From the IMG/VR virus record IMGVR_UViG_3300032213_000892, positions 1 to 34,247 of that record: a stretch of DNA of 34,247 bases. One strand, given 5' to 3'. The DNA is from a virus (taxonomy: Duplodnaviria > Caudoviricetes). A model generated the notes under the pieces. It had not been told where the DNA came from, ran no database searches, and saw nothing but the letters and a program-made list of their open reading frames with translations. The translations under genes and the position numbers were made by a program. Of this stretch, positions 25,553 to 33,479 are shown in pieces. Every line of letters begins with the position of its first letter. Position 1 is the first letter of the stretch.

Positions 25553-26975
25553 GGCGGAGCTCTGCCGCCGATCTGTGCTCTACTTCGCGCAGACGTTCTG
25601 GCCGGTGCTTGAACCCGGGCGGCAGCTGGTCACCGGGTGGCCGATCGAAGCGATTGCAGAGCACCTTGAGGCAGTCACGCGGGGCGAGATCCGCAAACTG
25701 CTGATCACTGTCCCGCCCGGGTCGATGAAGTCGCTGCTGACGCGTGCGTTCTGGCCGACGTGGAGTTGGGTCTCGAACCCGTCGCTGCGATACATCGGCG
25801 CGTCCTATGCTGAAGCGCTGGCGGCGCGCGACAACCGGCGCGCCAAGATGATCGTGGAAAGCCCGCTTTACCAGCGGCTCTTTCCCAACGTGCGGCTATC
25901 TGATGACCAAGCGCAGAAGGTGAACTTCGCGAACACCGCGACGGGTTCGATGATGGCGACATCGGTGCGCGGGCGCGCGACAGGCGAGCGCGGAGACGTG
26001 TTCGTCATCGATGACCCGCACAACGTGTTGGAGGCGGAGAGCGAAGCGATCCGGGGCGAAACGCTGCAATGGTTCCGCGAGGTCGTGCCCAGCCGCGTAA
26101 ACGACCTAGATCGCAGCGCGTTCGTCACGATCATGCAGCGCGTGCACCATGAGGACGTGGCCGCAGCGGCCCTAGAACAGGGCTATGAGCACCTGTTGAT
26201 CCCGATGCACTATGACCCCCCGCGAGCGCGCATGACGTCGATAGGCTGGCGGGATCCGCGCACGCAGCCCAACGAACTGATGTGGCCCGCGCGCTTCTCT
26301 GCGCAGGCGGTGGCGGAACTGGTGCAGACGCTCGGCCCTTACGCATCCGCCGCCCAGCTGGAGCAACGCCCGACGCCGCGCGAAGGCGGGCTGTTCAAAG
26401 TCGACAAGATCCAAACGATCGACGCCGTGCCGGACGAAGACATCAACTGGTGCAGGGCATGGGATCTCGCGGCAACAGATGGCGGCGGCGCATATACCGC
26501 CGGCGTGCTGGTCGGCTGGCGCGTCGAGGCGCGCCGGGTGATCATCGCGGACGTGCGGCGCGCGCGGCTCGGCCCGGACGGCGTGCGCAAGATGGTCGAG
26601 AGCGCCGCAGAGTTTGACGGCGACGACGTGCCGATCTCGCTCCCGCAGGATCCCGGGCAAGCGGGCAAGGCGCAGGCGCGCGACTTCGTGGTGCGGCTGG
26701 CTGGGTATCGCGTGCGGATCGAACCGCAGAGCGGATCCAAGGAGACCCGCGCCGAACCGCTGGCGGCGCAGATGGAGGCGGGCAATGTCGACATCGTGAC
26801 CGGTGCGTGGAACCGCGACTTCATAGAAGAGCTTCGACATTTCCCAAGATCGGTGTATAAAGACCAAGCGGACGCCGCGAGCTCGGGCTTTAACGCCGTC
26901 GCGCCGAAGCGGCAGAAGACGACCGGTCTATTCGCGATCGGTGATCATGTGGGCAACAAGGCGAGGCCGGTCTGA
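25509..26975 (+). CDS. terL: Terminase large subunit
   Basis: Probable start ATG 25509. Walker A PPGSMKS, TG-RGD, Walker B VIDDP, IMQR-H--D; nuclease motifs WDLA and FP----DQADA. Confidence 0.95.
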   Translation: MQLPKITTADRDLIEAELCRRSVLYFAQTFWPVLEPGRQLVTGWPIEAIAEHLEAVTRGEIRKLLITVPPGSMKSLLTRAFWPTWSWVSNPSLRYIGASYAEALAARDNRRAKMIVESPLYQRLFPNVRLSDDQAQKVNFANTATGSMMATSVRGRATGERGDVFVIDDPHNVLEAESEAIRGETLQWFREVVPSRVNDLDRSAFVTIMQRVHHEDVAAAALEQGYEHLLIPMHYDPPRARMTSIGWRDPRTQPNELMWPARFSAQAVAELVQTLGPYASAAQLEQRPTPREGGLFKVDKIQTIDAVPDEDINWCRAWDLAATDGGGAYTAGVLVGWRVEARRVIIADVRRARLGPDGVRKMVESAAEFDGDDVPISLPQDPGQAGKAQARDFVVRLAGYRVRIEPQSGSKETRAEPLAAQMEAGNVDIVTGAWNRDFIEELRHFPRSVYKDQADAASSGFNAVAPKRQKTTGLFAIGDHVGNKARPV

Positions 26976-28333
26976 TGAAAGCACCAATAAAATCAACTGC
27001 GACGCGCGAACTGGGCGCAGCGGGCAATTATGGGCGCGATGATCAGCTGCGCCCTGATGAGTTCCTGCCGAAGCTGCGCGGGCTGAACGCGACGCGGACA
27101 TTCCGCGAGATGAAGGATAACGACCCGACAATCGGCGCGATCCTGATGGCCTTCGAGATGCTGCTGCGCGCGGCGGAGTTCCGCGTCGACGCGATCGACA
27201 CCAGCCCAGAGGCGCAGGAAGCGAAGTTGTTCGTTGAGCAGTGCTTCAACGACATGGAAGGCACTGTTGACGACTTCCTCGCCGAAGTGCTGACTTTCCT
27301 TCCGTTCGGCTTCTCTGTCTTCGAGGTGGTCTATAAGACCAGATCGGGCCGGCAGACCGACGACCCGACGCGCTATTCGCAGTTTGACGATGGCCGCTAT
27401 GGGATCCGCAAGCTCGCGCCGCGTGCCCAGTGGACGATTGACCGGTTCCTGACTGACGAGAACGGCACGATCACGGGCGTGCGGCAGAGCGCGCTGTCGC
27501 TCAAGCTGGGATCCGTCGACATCCCGGCGTCGAAGATGCTGCACTTCCGCACCTCGACTGTGAACAACGACCCAAGCGGGCGCTCGATCCTGCGCAACGC
27601 CTTCACGTCCTACCACTATGCGTCGCACATTCAGATGGTCGAGGCGATCGCCGTCGAGCGCGAGATGAACGGCATCCCAGTGGGCAAGATCCCATCCGAA
27701 TATCTGGGCGAGAGCGCGAACGCCGCGCAGCAGGGCTTTACCAATGCGTTCAAGAAGATCCTGCGCGACGTCAAGTTCAACGATCAGGGCTTCATCCTGA
27801 TCCCGTCCGACGTCTACGAGAACGACGACGGCACAAAGACTTCGATCCCGATGGTCGAGTTCGGGCTGGTGACTGCCCAAGGATCGCGGGCGATCCCGAC
27901 AGGGGATGTCATCCAGCGCCACCAAGAAAACATCGCCCGTTCGGTTCTTGCTGACTTTCTTATGCTCGGAAGCGGCCAAACTGGATCGTTCGCCCTATCT
28001 AAAAGCAAGACCGACATATTCTTAACATCAGCAAGCGGCTATACCGAAGCAATCGCGTCGGTGCTGAACCGACAGCTTTTGCCGCGCCTCTGGGAGATCA
28101 ACGGGTTCGACCCAGCCGTCATGCCAAAGGTCGGCTTTGGCGAGATCGCGCCGGTGGATCTGGCCGAACTGGGCGCGTTCGTGCGCGACATCGCGGGCGC
28201 GGGGATGCCGCTATTCCCAGACGACGACACGGAGAACACGATCCGGCGCGCCGCAGGCTTCCCAGAGAAAAAAATCGACCCGGATCTGCTTGGGTCGCCA
28301 GACACGCAACTTGACGAAGGGGTTCCAGAATGA
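26975..28333 (+). CDS. Portal protein
   Basis: 452 aa after terL; FGFSVFEVVY, P-GRSILR, IARSVLADFL-LG---GSFALS, LNRQLLP-LW--NG (Mu gp29/DUF935-like). Confidence 0.92.
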   Translation: MKAPIKSTATRELGAAGNYGRDDQLRPDEFLPKLRGLNATRTFREMKDNDPTIGAILMAFEMLLRAAEFRVDAIDTSPEAQEAKLFVEQCFNDMEGTVDDFLAEVLTFLPFGFSVFEVVYKTRSGRQTDDPTRYSQFDDGRYGIRKLAPRAQWTIDRFLTDENGTITGVRQSALSLKLGSVDIPASKMLHFRTSTVNNDPSGRSILRNAFTSYHYASHIQMVEAIAVEREMNGIPVGKIPSEYLGESANAAQQGFTNAFKKILRDVKFNDQGFILIPSDVYENDDGTKTSIPMVEFGLVTAQGSRAIPTGDVIQRHQENIARSVLADFLMLGSGQTGSFALSKSKTDIFLTSASGYTEAIASVLNRQLLPRLWEINGFDPAVMPKVGFGEIAPVDLAELGAFVRDIAGAGMPLFPDDDTENTIRRAAGFPEKKIDPDLLGSPDTQLDEGVPE

Positions 28334-28713
28334 GGTTCCAAGTTTACCCGCGCGGCATATGGATCGCGATCGATGACTTTGCTGTTAGCGCTATCGAAAC
28401 GTCCATGTCGGGCGAAACGCTGATCGTGCACGCGCCGGGCCTGCAGTTCGCCGTGACCAATGGCGCGGAGTTCATCGAAACCGACGCATTCGCGCGCGAC
28501 TTCATCGAGATGAGCCCGCAGCGGTGGATCCGCACCTCGGCGATCGCGTCGATCAAGCGGTTCGGCGACGAATATGCGCGCGTCATGATGCAAGATGTGC
28601 GGCAGTGCTTTGACATCTTCCCCGGCGATGACAATTTATATGAAGTTTATCAGGCGTTCCGCGCGAAACTACCGCTTGGCGCACCCGCATTTGCAGAGCT
28701 GGACGGCATCTGA
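28330..28713 (+). CDS. Hypothetical protein
   Basis: 127 aa, coupled to both neighbours (ATGA, TGATG). Confidence 0.72.
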   Translation: MRFQVYPRGIWIAIDDFAVSAIETSMSGETLIVHAPGLQFAVTNGAEFIETDAFARDFIEMSPQRWIRTSAIASIKRFGDEYARVMMQDVRQCFDIFPGDDNLYEVYQAFRAKLPLGAPAFAELDGI

Positions 28714-29774
28714 TGAACGTCGAAATCCGCAAGATCACCGCATCCGACGCCGTGGCCGTGTTCTTGCGGGCGGCGGAACGCATGGAACCGCGAATTGCGC
28801 GCGCGTTCATTGCTGCGATCGAGGCGCTCCGCACCCGCGTACCTGCGGAGCAGCTTGCGCGCTTAATTGAGCGGCGCGACTTCGTTTCACTTGAGAACGT
28901 ATTTTCCGCGTTCTTTACGTCGGAGGAGTGGGCGCAGTATCGGGCGGCAATCGAGCAGGCGGTGCTTGAGGGCGTGAAGGCCACCAGCACAACGCAAGGC
29001 GTGATCAACGGCGCGCAGGCTGACTTCGAGATCGCTGTCGGGCTGAACCCGCGCCTTGAGCAGTTCGCCATCACGATGACTTCGACGCGGATCCGCGAGA
29101 TCGACCAGACGACGCGCGACACGATCCGGCAGGTGCTCCAGCGGGGGCTGACGGCGGGTGATGACCCCTTCGCCATCGCGCGCCAGATCAGGGGCTCCAT
29201 CGGGCTGACGCGGCGTCAGGAGGCGGCGGTGTCGAACTATGAGCGGATGCTGCGCGCGCTCGACCCGGAAGCGCTGGAGCGCAAGCTGCGCGACCGGCGC
29301 AGTGATGGATCCGTCGGGCGCGCAATCGCCAATGACAAAGCGCTGACTGACGCGCAGATCCGCTCGCTGGTCGATCGGTATCGCGATCGCTATGTCAAGT
29401 ATCGGGCGAACGTCATCGCCCGCACAGAGAGCATCCGGGCCGTGCAGGGCGCGCAGTGGGAACTCTTTCAGGACATGATCAACAAAGGACAGATCGACAT
29501 CCGGCAGGTGCGCCGAACGTGGATCAACACCAACGACGGGCATGTTCGGAACTCGCACGTTCAGATCCCGCAGATCAACCCGCGCGGCGTCGGGCAGGCG
29601 GAGACCTTCGCAAGCCCGCTCGGCCCGATCCTCTATCCCGGGGATCCCAGCGCGCTCGCCGCAAACACCATCCAATGCCGGTGCGCGGTCTTCGCGCGCA
29701 TCATTTCTCGCGACCTGCTCCCGCCATCGCTGGGCGCGCCGATACCACAAACAAATCTGAGGCGGGGACAATGA
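28713..29774 (+). CDS. Head morphogenesis protein (Mu gpF / SPP1 gp7-like)
   Basis: RA-VIARTE, W----D--VR-SH, YPGDP, IQCRC. Confidence 0.9.
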   Translation: MNVEIRKITASDAVAVFLRAAERMEPRIARAFIAAIEALRTRVPAEQLARLIERRDFVSLENVFSAFFTSEEWAQYRAAIEQAVLEGVKATSTTQGVINGAQADFEIAVGLNPRLEQFAITMTSTRIREIDQTTRDTIRQVLQRGLTAGDDPFAIARQIRGSIGLTRRQEAAVSNYERMLRALDPEALERKLRDRRSDGSVGRAIANDKALTDAQIRSLVDRYRDRYVKYRANVIARTESIRAVQGAQWELFQDMINKGQIDIRQVRRTWINTNDGHVRNSHVQIPQINPRGVGQAETFASPLGPILYPGDPSALAANTIQCRCAVFARIISRDLLPPSLGAPIPQTNLRRGQ

Positions 29775-30604
29775 CGGAAACCGGCTACACCAAGACGATC
29801 AAGCCCGTGCGCGATTGGTCGCAGCGGATCTGGCGGCTGATGTTCACGCAGCAGGTCGAGATCGCGCGGGGGCGCGTCGAAGGCGCGCGATCGATCGCTG
29901 TCACTGGGACGCTGACGACCAGCGGCGCGGTGACAGATATTATGATCTGGCCCGGCTCGACTGTGAAAGACCCATCAGTCGCGCCCGCAGGAGGCGTGCA
30001 GATGACGCTGGTCTCGACCAGCGCGCAGGACAGTGCGGCAGGCACGGGCGTTCGAACGCTGCGGTTCAACTATCTGGACGCGAACCTGAACCCGCAGAGC
30101 GAGATCGTGACGATGAACGGCACGACGCCCGTGCTGACGACGGCGACCAATGTGCGCTGGGTCGGGGATCTCACCGGGCTGACGTTCGGATCTGAAAAGC
30201 ACGTCGTCGGAAACATCACTGTCACCAACAGCGGCACGCGCTACAAATATCTGGACGCAGAGGCACGCGCCACGCGCAGCACGGCATTCCGCGTCCCAGC
30301 GGGCAAGCGGCTGATCGTTCATTCGCTATTTGCTGGCGCGAACTCAGGAAACGCGGCAGCCAAGGTGCAGATCTCATTCGTTGCATCAGTGATCGGGAAC
30401 CTCGACGGGAGCGTCGACCGCTTCGAAGACGTCGGGCTGCTGTTTCGGCAGGGCACGATCGAACTGCAAGACAACACAACGGCGCTCGCGGATGGCGCGC
30501 TGGCGGCATTTCCAGCCGGCGCGATCATCGGGTTTCGCGTCACGACAGACAAGGCGGCGACCGCATCGGCGGGCTTCTATGGGTGGATCGAAGATGTCGA
30601 TTAA
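29771..30604 (+). CDS. Beta-rich putative virion protein
   Basis: Start reassigned to ATG 29771 (ATGA overlap). T/G/V-rich with LVSTSAQD---GTG-RT...NGTTPV. Confidence 0.7.
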   Translation: MTETGYTKTIKPVRDWSQRIWRLMFTQQVEIARGRVEGARSIAVTGTLTTSGAVTDIMIWPGSTVKDPSVAPAGGVQMTLVSTSAQDSAAGTGVRTLRFNYLDANLNPQSEIVTMNGTTPVLTTATNVRWVGDLTGLTFGSEKHVVGNITVTNSGTRYKYLDAEARATRSTAFRVPAGKRLIVHSLFAGANSGNAAAKVQISFVASVIGNLDGSVDRFEDVGLLFRQGTIELQDNTTALADGALAAFPAGAIIGFRVTTDKAATASAGFYGWIEDVD

Positions 30605-30612
30605 CCGCGCTC

Positions 30613-30770
30613 AAAAACTGGGAGGGGAGGACAGACTTCCCTATAGTATTATCCTCTCCTCCCCTCCCTGTGAACCTGCGGATGGAACCCGAAGGGGATC
30701 CCTGCTAGCGCAGGGTCACCCCTCCGGGGTTCTGGCCGATTTTGCGCCCTCCTCAAATCTCTGTCCTCCC
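30613..30770. repeat. Structured intergenic element, copy 2
   Basis: Homologous to 24414-24548; ends with an inverted TCTGTCCTCCC just before the protease RBS. Confidence 0.92.
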
Positions 30771-30786
30771 GTGAAAAGGATCTGAT

Positions 30787-32238
30787 ATGCCCTATCAAAC
30801 CAATGATGATCTGCCGGGCGCGGTGAAGCGCGTGCTGACCAGCGATAAGGCGCGCTCGATCTGGCGCGGCGTGTTCAACGACAGCATCGACCGGGGCTAT
30901 CAGGAGGGCCGGGCATTCGGCGCGGCATATGCTGCGATCGAGAGCGCGGGCTACACGAAGGGCAAGGATGGCGTTTACATCGAGAATGTCGATGAGGCGC
31001 TCGAGAAGGTGTCGACGGACACGCTGCGCGCCAAGGTCGAAGCGCACAACGCAGAGGACGGCGACAAGGGGCGCGTGACTGTCGATATGCTGCGGCAGGT
31101 CTATGACCGGGGGATCGGCGCGTATCGCACGAACCCGGGCAGCGTGCGGCCCAGTGTAAGCTCCCCGGAGCAGTGGGCTATGGCGCGGGTCAACAATTTC
31201 CTGCGCGCCATCCGCGATGGCCGGTTCCGGTCTGGCAAGCACGACACGGATCTGTTGCCAGAAAAACATCCTATGGCGACCCGGGGCGTCGAGAAAGCCG
31301 ACTATCAGGGGCGCGAGGTCGAACTAGATCAGCCATTCCGCCTCCCAGCTGGCGCGAGCAAGAAGTTCGGCGTTTACGTCAAGGACGGCGACAAGACCAA
31401 GAAAGTGACGTTCGGCGATCCCAAGATGGAGATCCGCCGCGATGACCCCCAAGCCCGCGCCAACTTCCGCTCGCGGCACTCTTGCGACACGGCGACCGAC
31501 AAGACCTCGGCGCGTTACTGGTCGTGCCGGATGTGGGAAAGCGGAACCTCAGTCTCGGAGATGACGAAAATGAACCAGATGGAAAAGCGGCAGATCTCGG
31601 ATGACGTGTTCACAACGTCGATCGAAGCAGTGCAGCGCGCGCAGCAACTCGGAATGGGGCTGGTCGCGCATATGACAGAAGGGCCAGACGGGCAGGCGTT
31701 CTATATGCCCGGGGCGACGCATGAGGACTACCTCGACATGGTGGGCACGGCGGGCATGATGTCGCCAGAAGGCGAAGAGGTCGAAGATCCGACGGGCGAG
31801 ATGATCGAAGCCGTGATCGACGCCGCGATCAGCGCGATCATCGACGCGCGGATGGAAAAACGCGCGGCTAAGATCATCAAGATTGATGACGAGGCGCGCA
31901 TCGTTTGGGGCTGGGCATCGGTTGTATCGATCGACGGCAAGCCTATGGTCGACCGGCAGGGCGATATCATCTCGGCGGAGGTGATGACCAAGGCCGCCGA
32001 CAATTTCATGATTGACGTGCGCGTCGCAAAAGCGATGCACGAAGGTGCGCAGATCGGGGAGGTTATCCACTCCTTCCCGCTGACAAAAGCGCTGGGCGAA
32101 GCGCTGGGCGTTTACTCTGCACTCGAAGGATGGATCGTGGCTATGAAAGTGCACGACAATGGTGTATGGAGCAGAGTTAAGAGCGGCGAACTCGCCGCAT
32201 TCAGCATCGGAGGCATGGGGAAACGAAATGCCGTTTAA
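30787..32238 (+). CDS. Multi-domain prohead protease (N-terminal ChaB-like domain, additional domains, C-terminal XkdF-like serine protease)
   Basis: MPY----DLP-AVK-VL...IW--VFN...AF-AAYAAI resembles ChaB. The C-terminal RIVWGWASV...VDRQGD...MH...GW...W--VKSGELAAFSIGG resembles XkdF. Confidence 0.85.
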   Translation: MPYQTNDDLPGAVKRVLTSDKARSIWRGVFNDSIDRGYQEGRAFGAAYAAIESAGYTKGKDGVYIENVDEALEKVSTDTLRAKVEAHNAEDGDKGRVTVDMLRQVYDRGIGAYRTNPGSVRPSVSSPEQWAMARVNNFLRAIRDGRFRSGKHDTDLLPEKHPMATRGVEKADYQGREVELDQPFRLPAGASKKFGVYVKDGDKTKKVTFGDPKMEIRRDDPQARANFRSRHSCDTATDKTSARYWSCRMWESGTSVSEMTKMNQMEKRQISDDVFTTSIEAVQRAQQLGMGLVAHMTEGPDGQAFYMPGATHEDYLDMVGTAGMMSPEGEEVEDPTGEMIEAVIDAAISAIIDARMEKRAAKIIKIDDEARIVWGWASVVSIDGKPMVDRQGDIISAEVMTKAADNFMIDVRVAKAMHEGAQIGEVIHSFPLTKALGEALGVYSALEGWIVAMKVHDNGVWSRVKSGELAAFSIGGMGKRNAV

Positions 32239-33070
32239 CGTCACAGAACTGGAGCTAATCGAGCTCTCGCTGGTCGATGAACCTGCAAACCCGGCGGCGC
32301 GCGTCGTCATGTTCAAGCGTTACGACACGATGAACGACGACGACAAAATGAAAGAACTGATTGCGGGCGGGATGTCAGAAGACGACGCCCGCAAAGAGGT
32401 GGCGCGCATGAAGCGCAACAAGGGGGCCGGCCCGTCCGGCGATCAGGGCAAAGGGGGTCAATCTATGTCCGATCAAGAGAAGCGCCTCGGAGAACTAGAG
32501 GCAGCAAACAAGCGCCTCGAGAGCTCGGTTGACGCGCTTGTAAAGTCGCTTGAGACTGAAGGCTACGTCGTCCAGATCGCGGACGAGGCAGTGACTGTCG
32601 AAAAGCGCAAAGCCGAAGACTATATCGAAGTCGGCGGCGAGACGATCCTGAAAAGCGCGCTCCCTGCGGGCGTTCTGTCGGTGATCTCGAAGCAGGCTGA
32701 CGAGCTCGCAGCCGTCACCAAAAAGCTGGAAGCCGAAGAGATGGTCAAACGCGTCAGCGCAGAAATCCCATATCTTGCGGGCGATCAGGCAACCAAGGGC
32801 GCGGTGCTGAAAGCGCTCGACGCCATTGCGGATGAAGCCATCCGCAAGGCAGCGCACGCTATGCTGAAAGGCGCGAACGCTTTCGCCTCGAAGCTGACCC
32901 GCGAGTTCGGCAGCGTCGCTCCGCAGGAGACCGACGCAATGACCGAACTCAACAAAATGGCAGAAGATTTCGCCGCCGAAAAGAAGGTCACGTTCGCTAA
33001 GGCATTCGCCGAAGTGACCAAGACCGGACGCGGCGCGGAGCTCTTCTCCAAACGCAACGCCGCGCAGTAA
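32228..33070 (+). CDS. Capsid scaffolding protein with an N-terminal protease-like motif
   Basis: Start ATG 32228. Begins LELIELSLVDEPANPAA; the remainder is a charged coiled coil; precedes the decoration and capsid genes. Confidence 0.8.
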   Translation: MPFNVTELELIELSLVDEPANPAARVVMFKRYDTMNDDDKMKELIAGGMSEDDARKEVARMKRNKGAGPSGDQGKGGQSMSDQEKRLGELEAANKRLESSVDALVKSLETEGYVVQIADEAVTVEKRKAEDYIEVGGETILKSALPAGVLSVISKQADELAAVTKKLEAEEMVKRVSAEIPYLAGDQATKGAVLKALDAIADEAIRKAAHAMLKGANAFASKLTREFGSVAPQETDAMTELNKMAEDFAAEKKVTFAKAFAEVTKTGRGAELFSKRNAAQ

Positions 33071-33083
33071 AGGAGACCGCGAG

Positions 33084-33461
33084 ATGGCAACCCAAGAAAA
33101 TATGCTCTGCGTCACGCTCGAGGCGGGTGCAGATCTTTCGACGAAGCAATTTTACTTCGTTTCCGTCGCATCGGATGGTCAAATTGACCCAACCGGCGCG
33201 GGGGTCGATGCGGATGGCGTCCTACAAGACGCTCCCGCCGCTGCGGGGCGCGCTGCGCTCGTGGCGATCGCTGGCAAGGTCAAGGTCGTTTGCGGTGGCG
33301 CTGTCACTCGCGGCGGGCCCGTGGCTTCTGACAGCGCGGGCAAAGCCGTAAACGCCACCACCGCAGGGCATATTATCCTCGGCGTGGCTCTTGAAACCGG
33401 CGCTTCTGGGCGGATCATCGAGATCCTGTTCCAACCACGCGGCGCAGTTCCAGCAGCATAA
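33084..33461 (+). CDS. Capsid decoration/cement protein (DUF2190-like)
   Basis: AAGGAG RBS; 125 aa, Gly/Ala/Val-rich (GVLQD...G---V--GGAVT-G--V-SD--GKAV...G-ALE), directly upstream of the capsid gene. Confidence 0.8.
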   Translation: MATQENMLCVTLEAGADLSTKQFYFVSVASDGQIDPTGAGVDADGVLQDAPAAAGRAALVAIAGKVKVVCGGAVTRGGPVASDSAGKAVNATTAGHIILGVALETGASGRIIEILFQPRGAVPAA

Positions 33462-33479
33462 GGCAGGGGGATTTAAATC

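Noticed and set aside
26921-26928. Additional GACCGGTC inside terL
   Set aside because: A single copy in coding sequence with no promoter context; compatible with chance.
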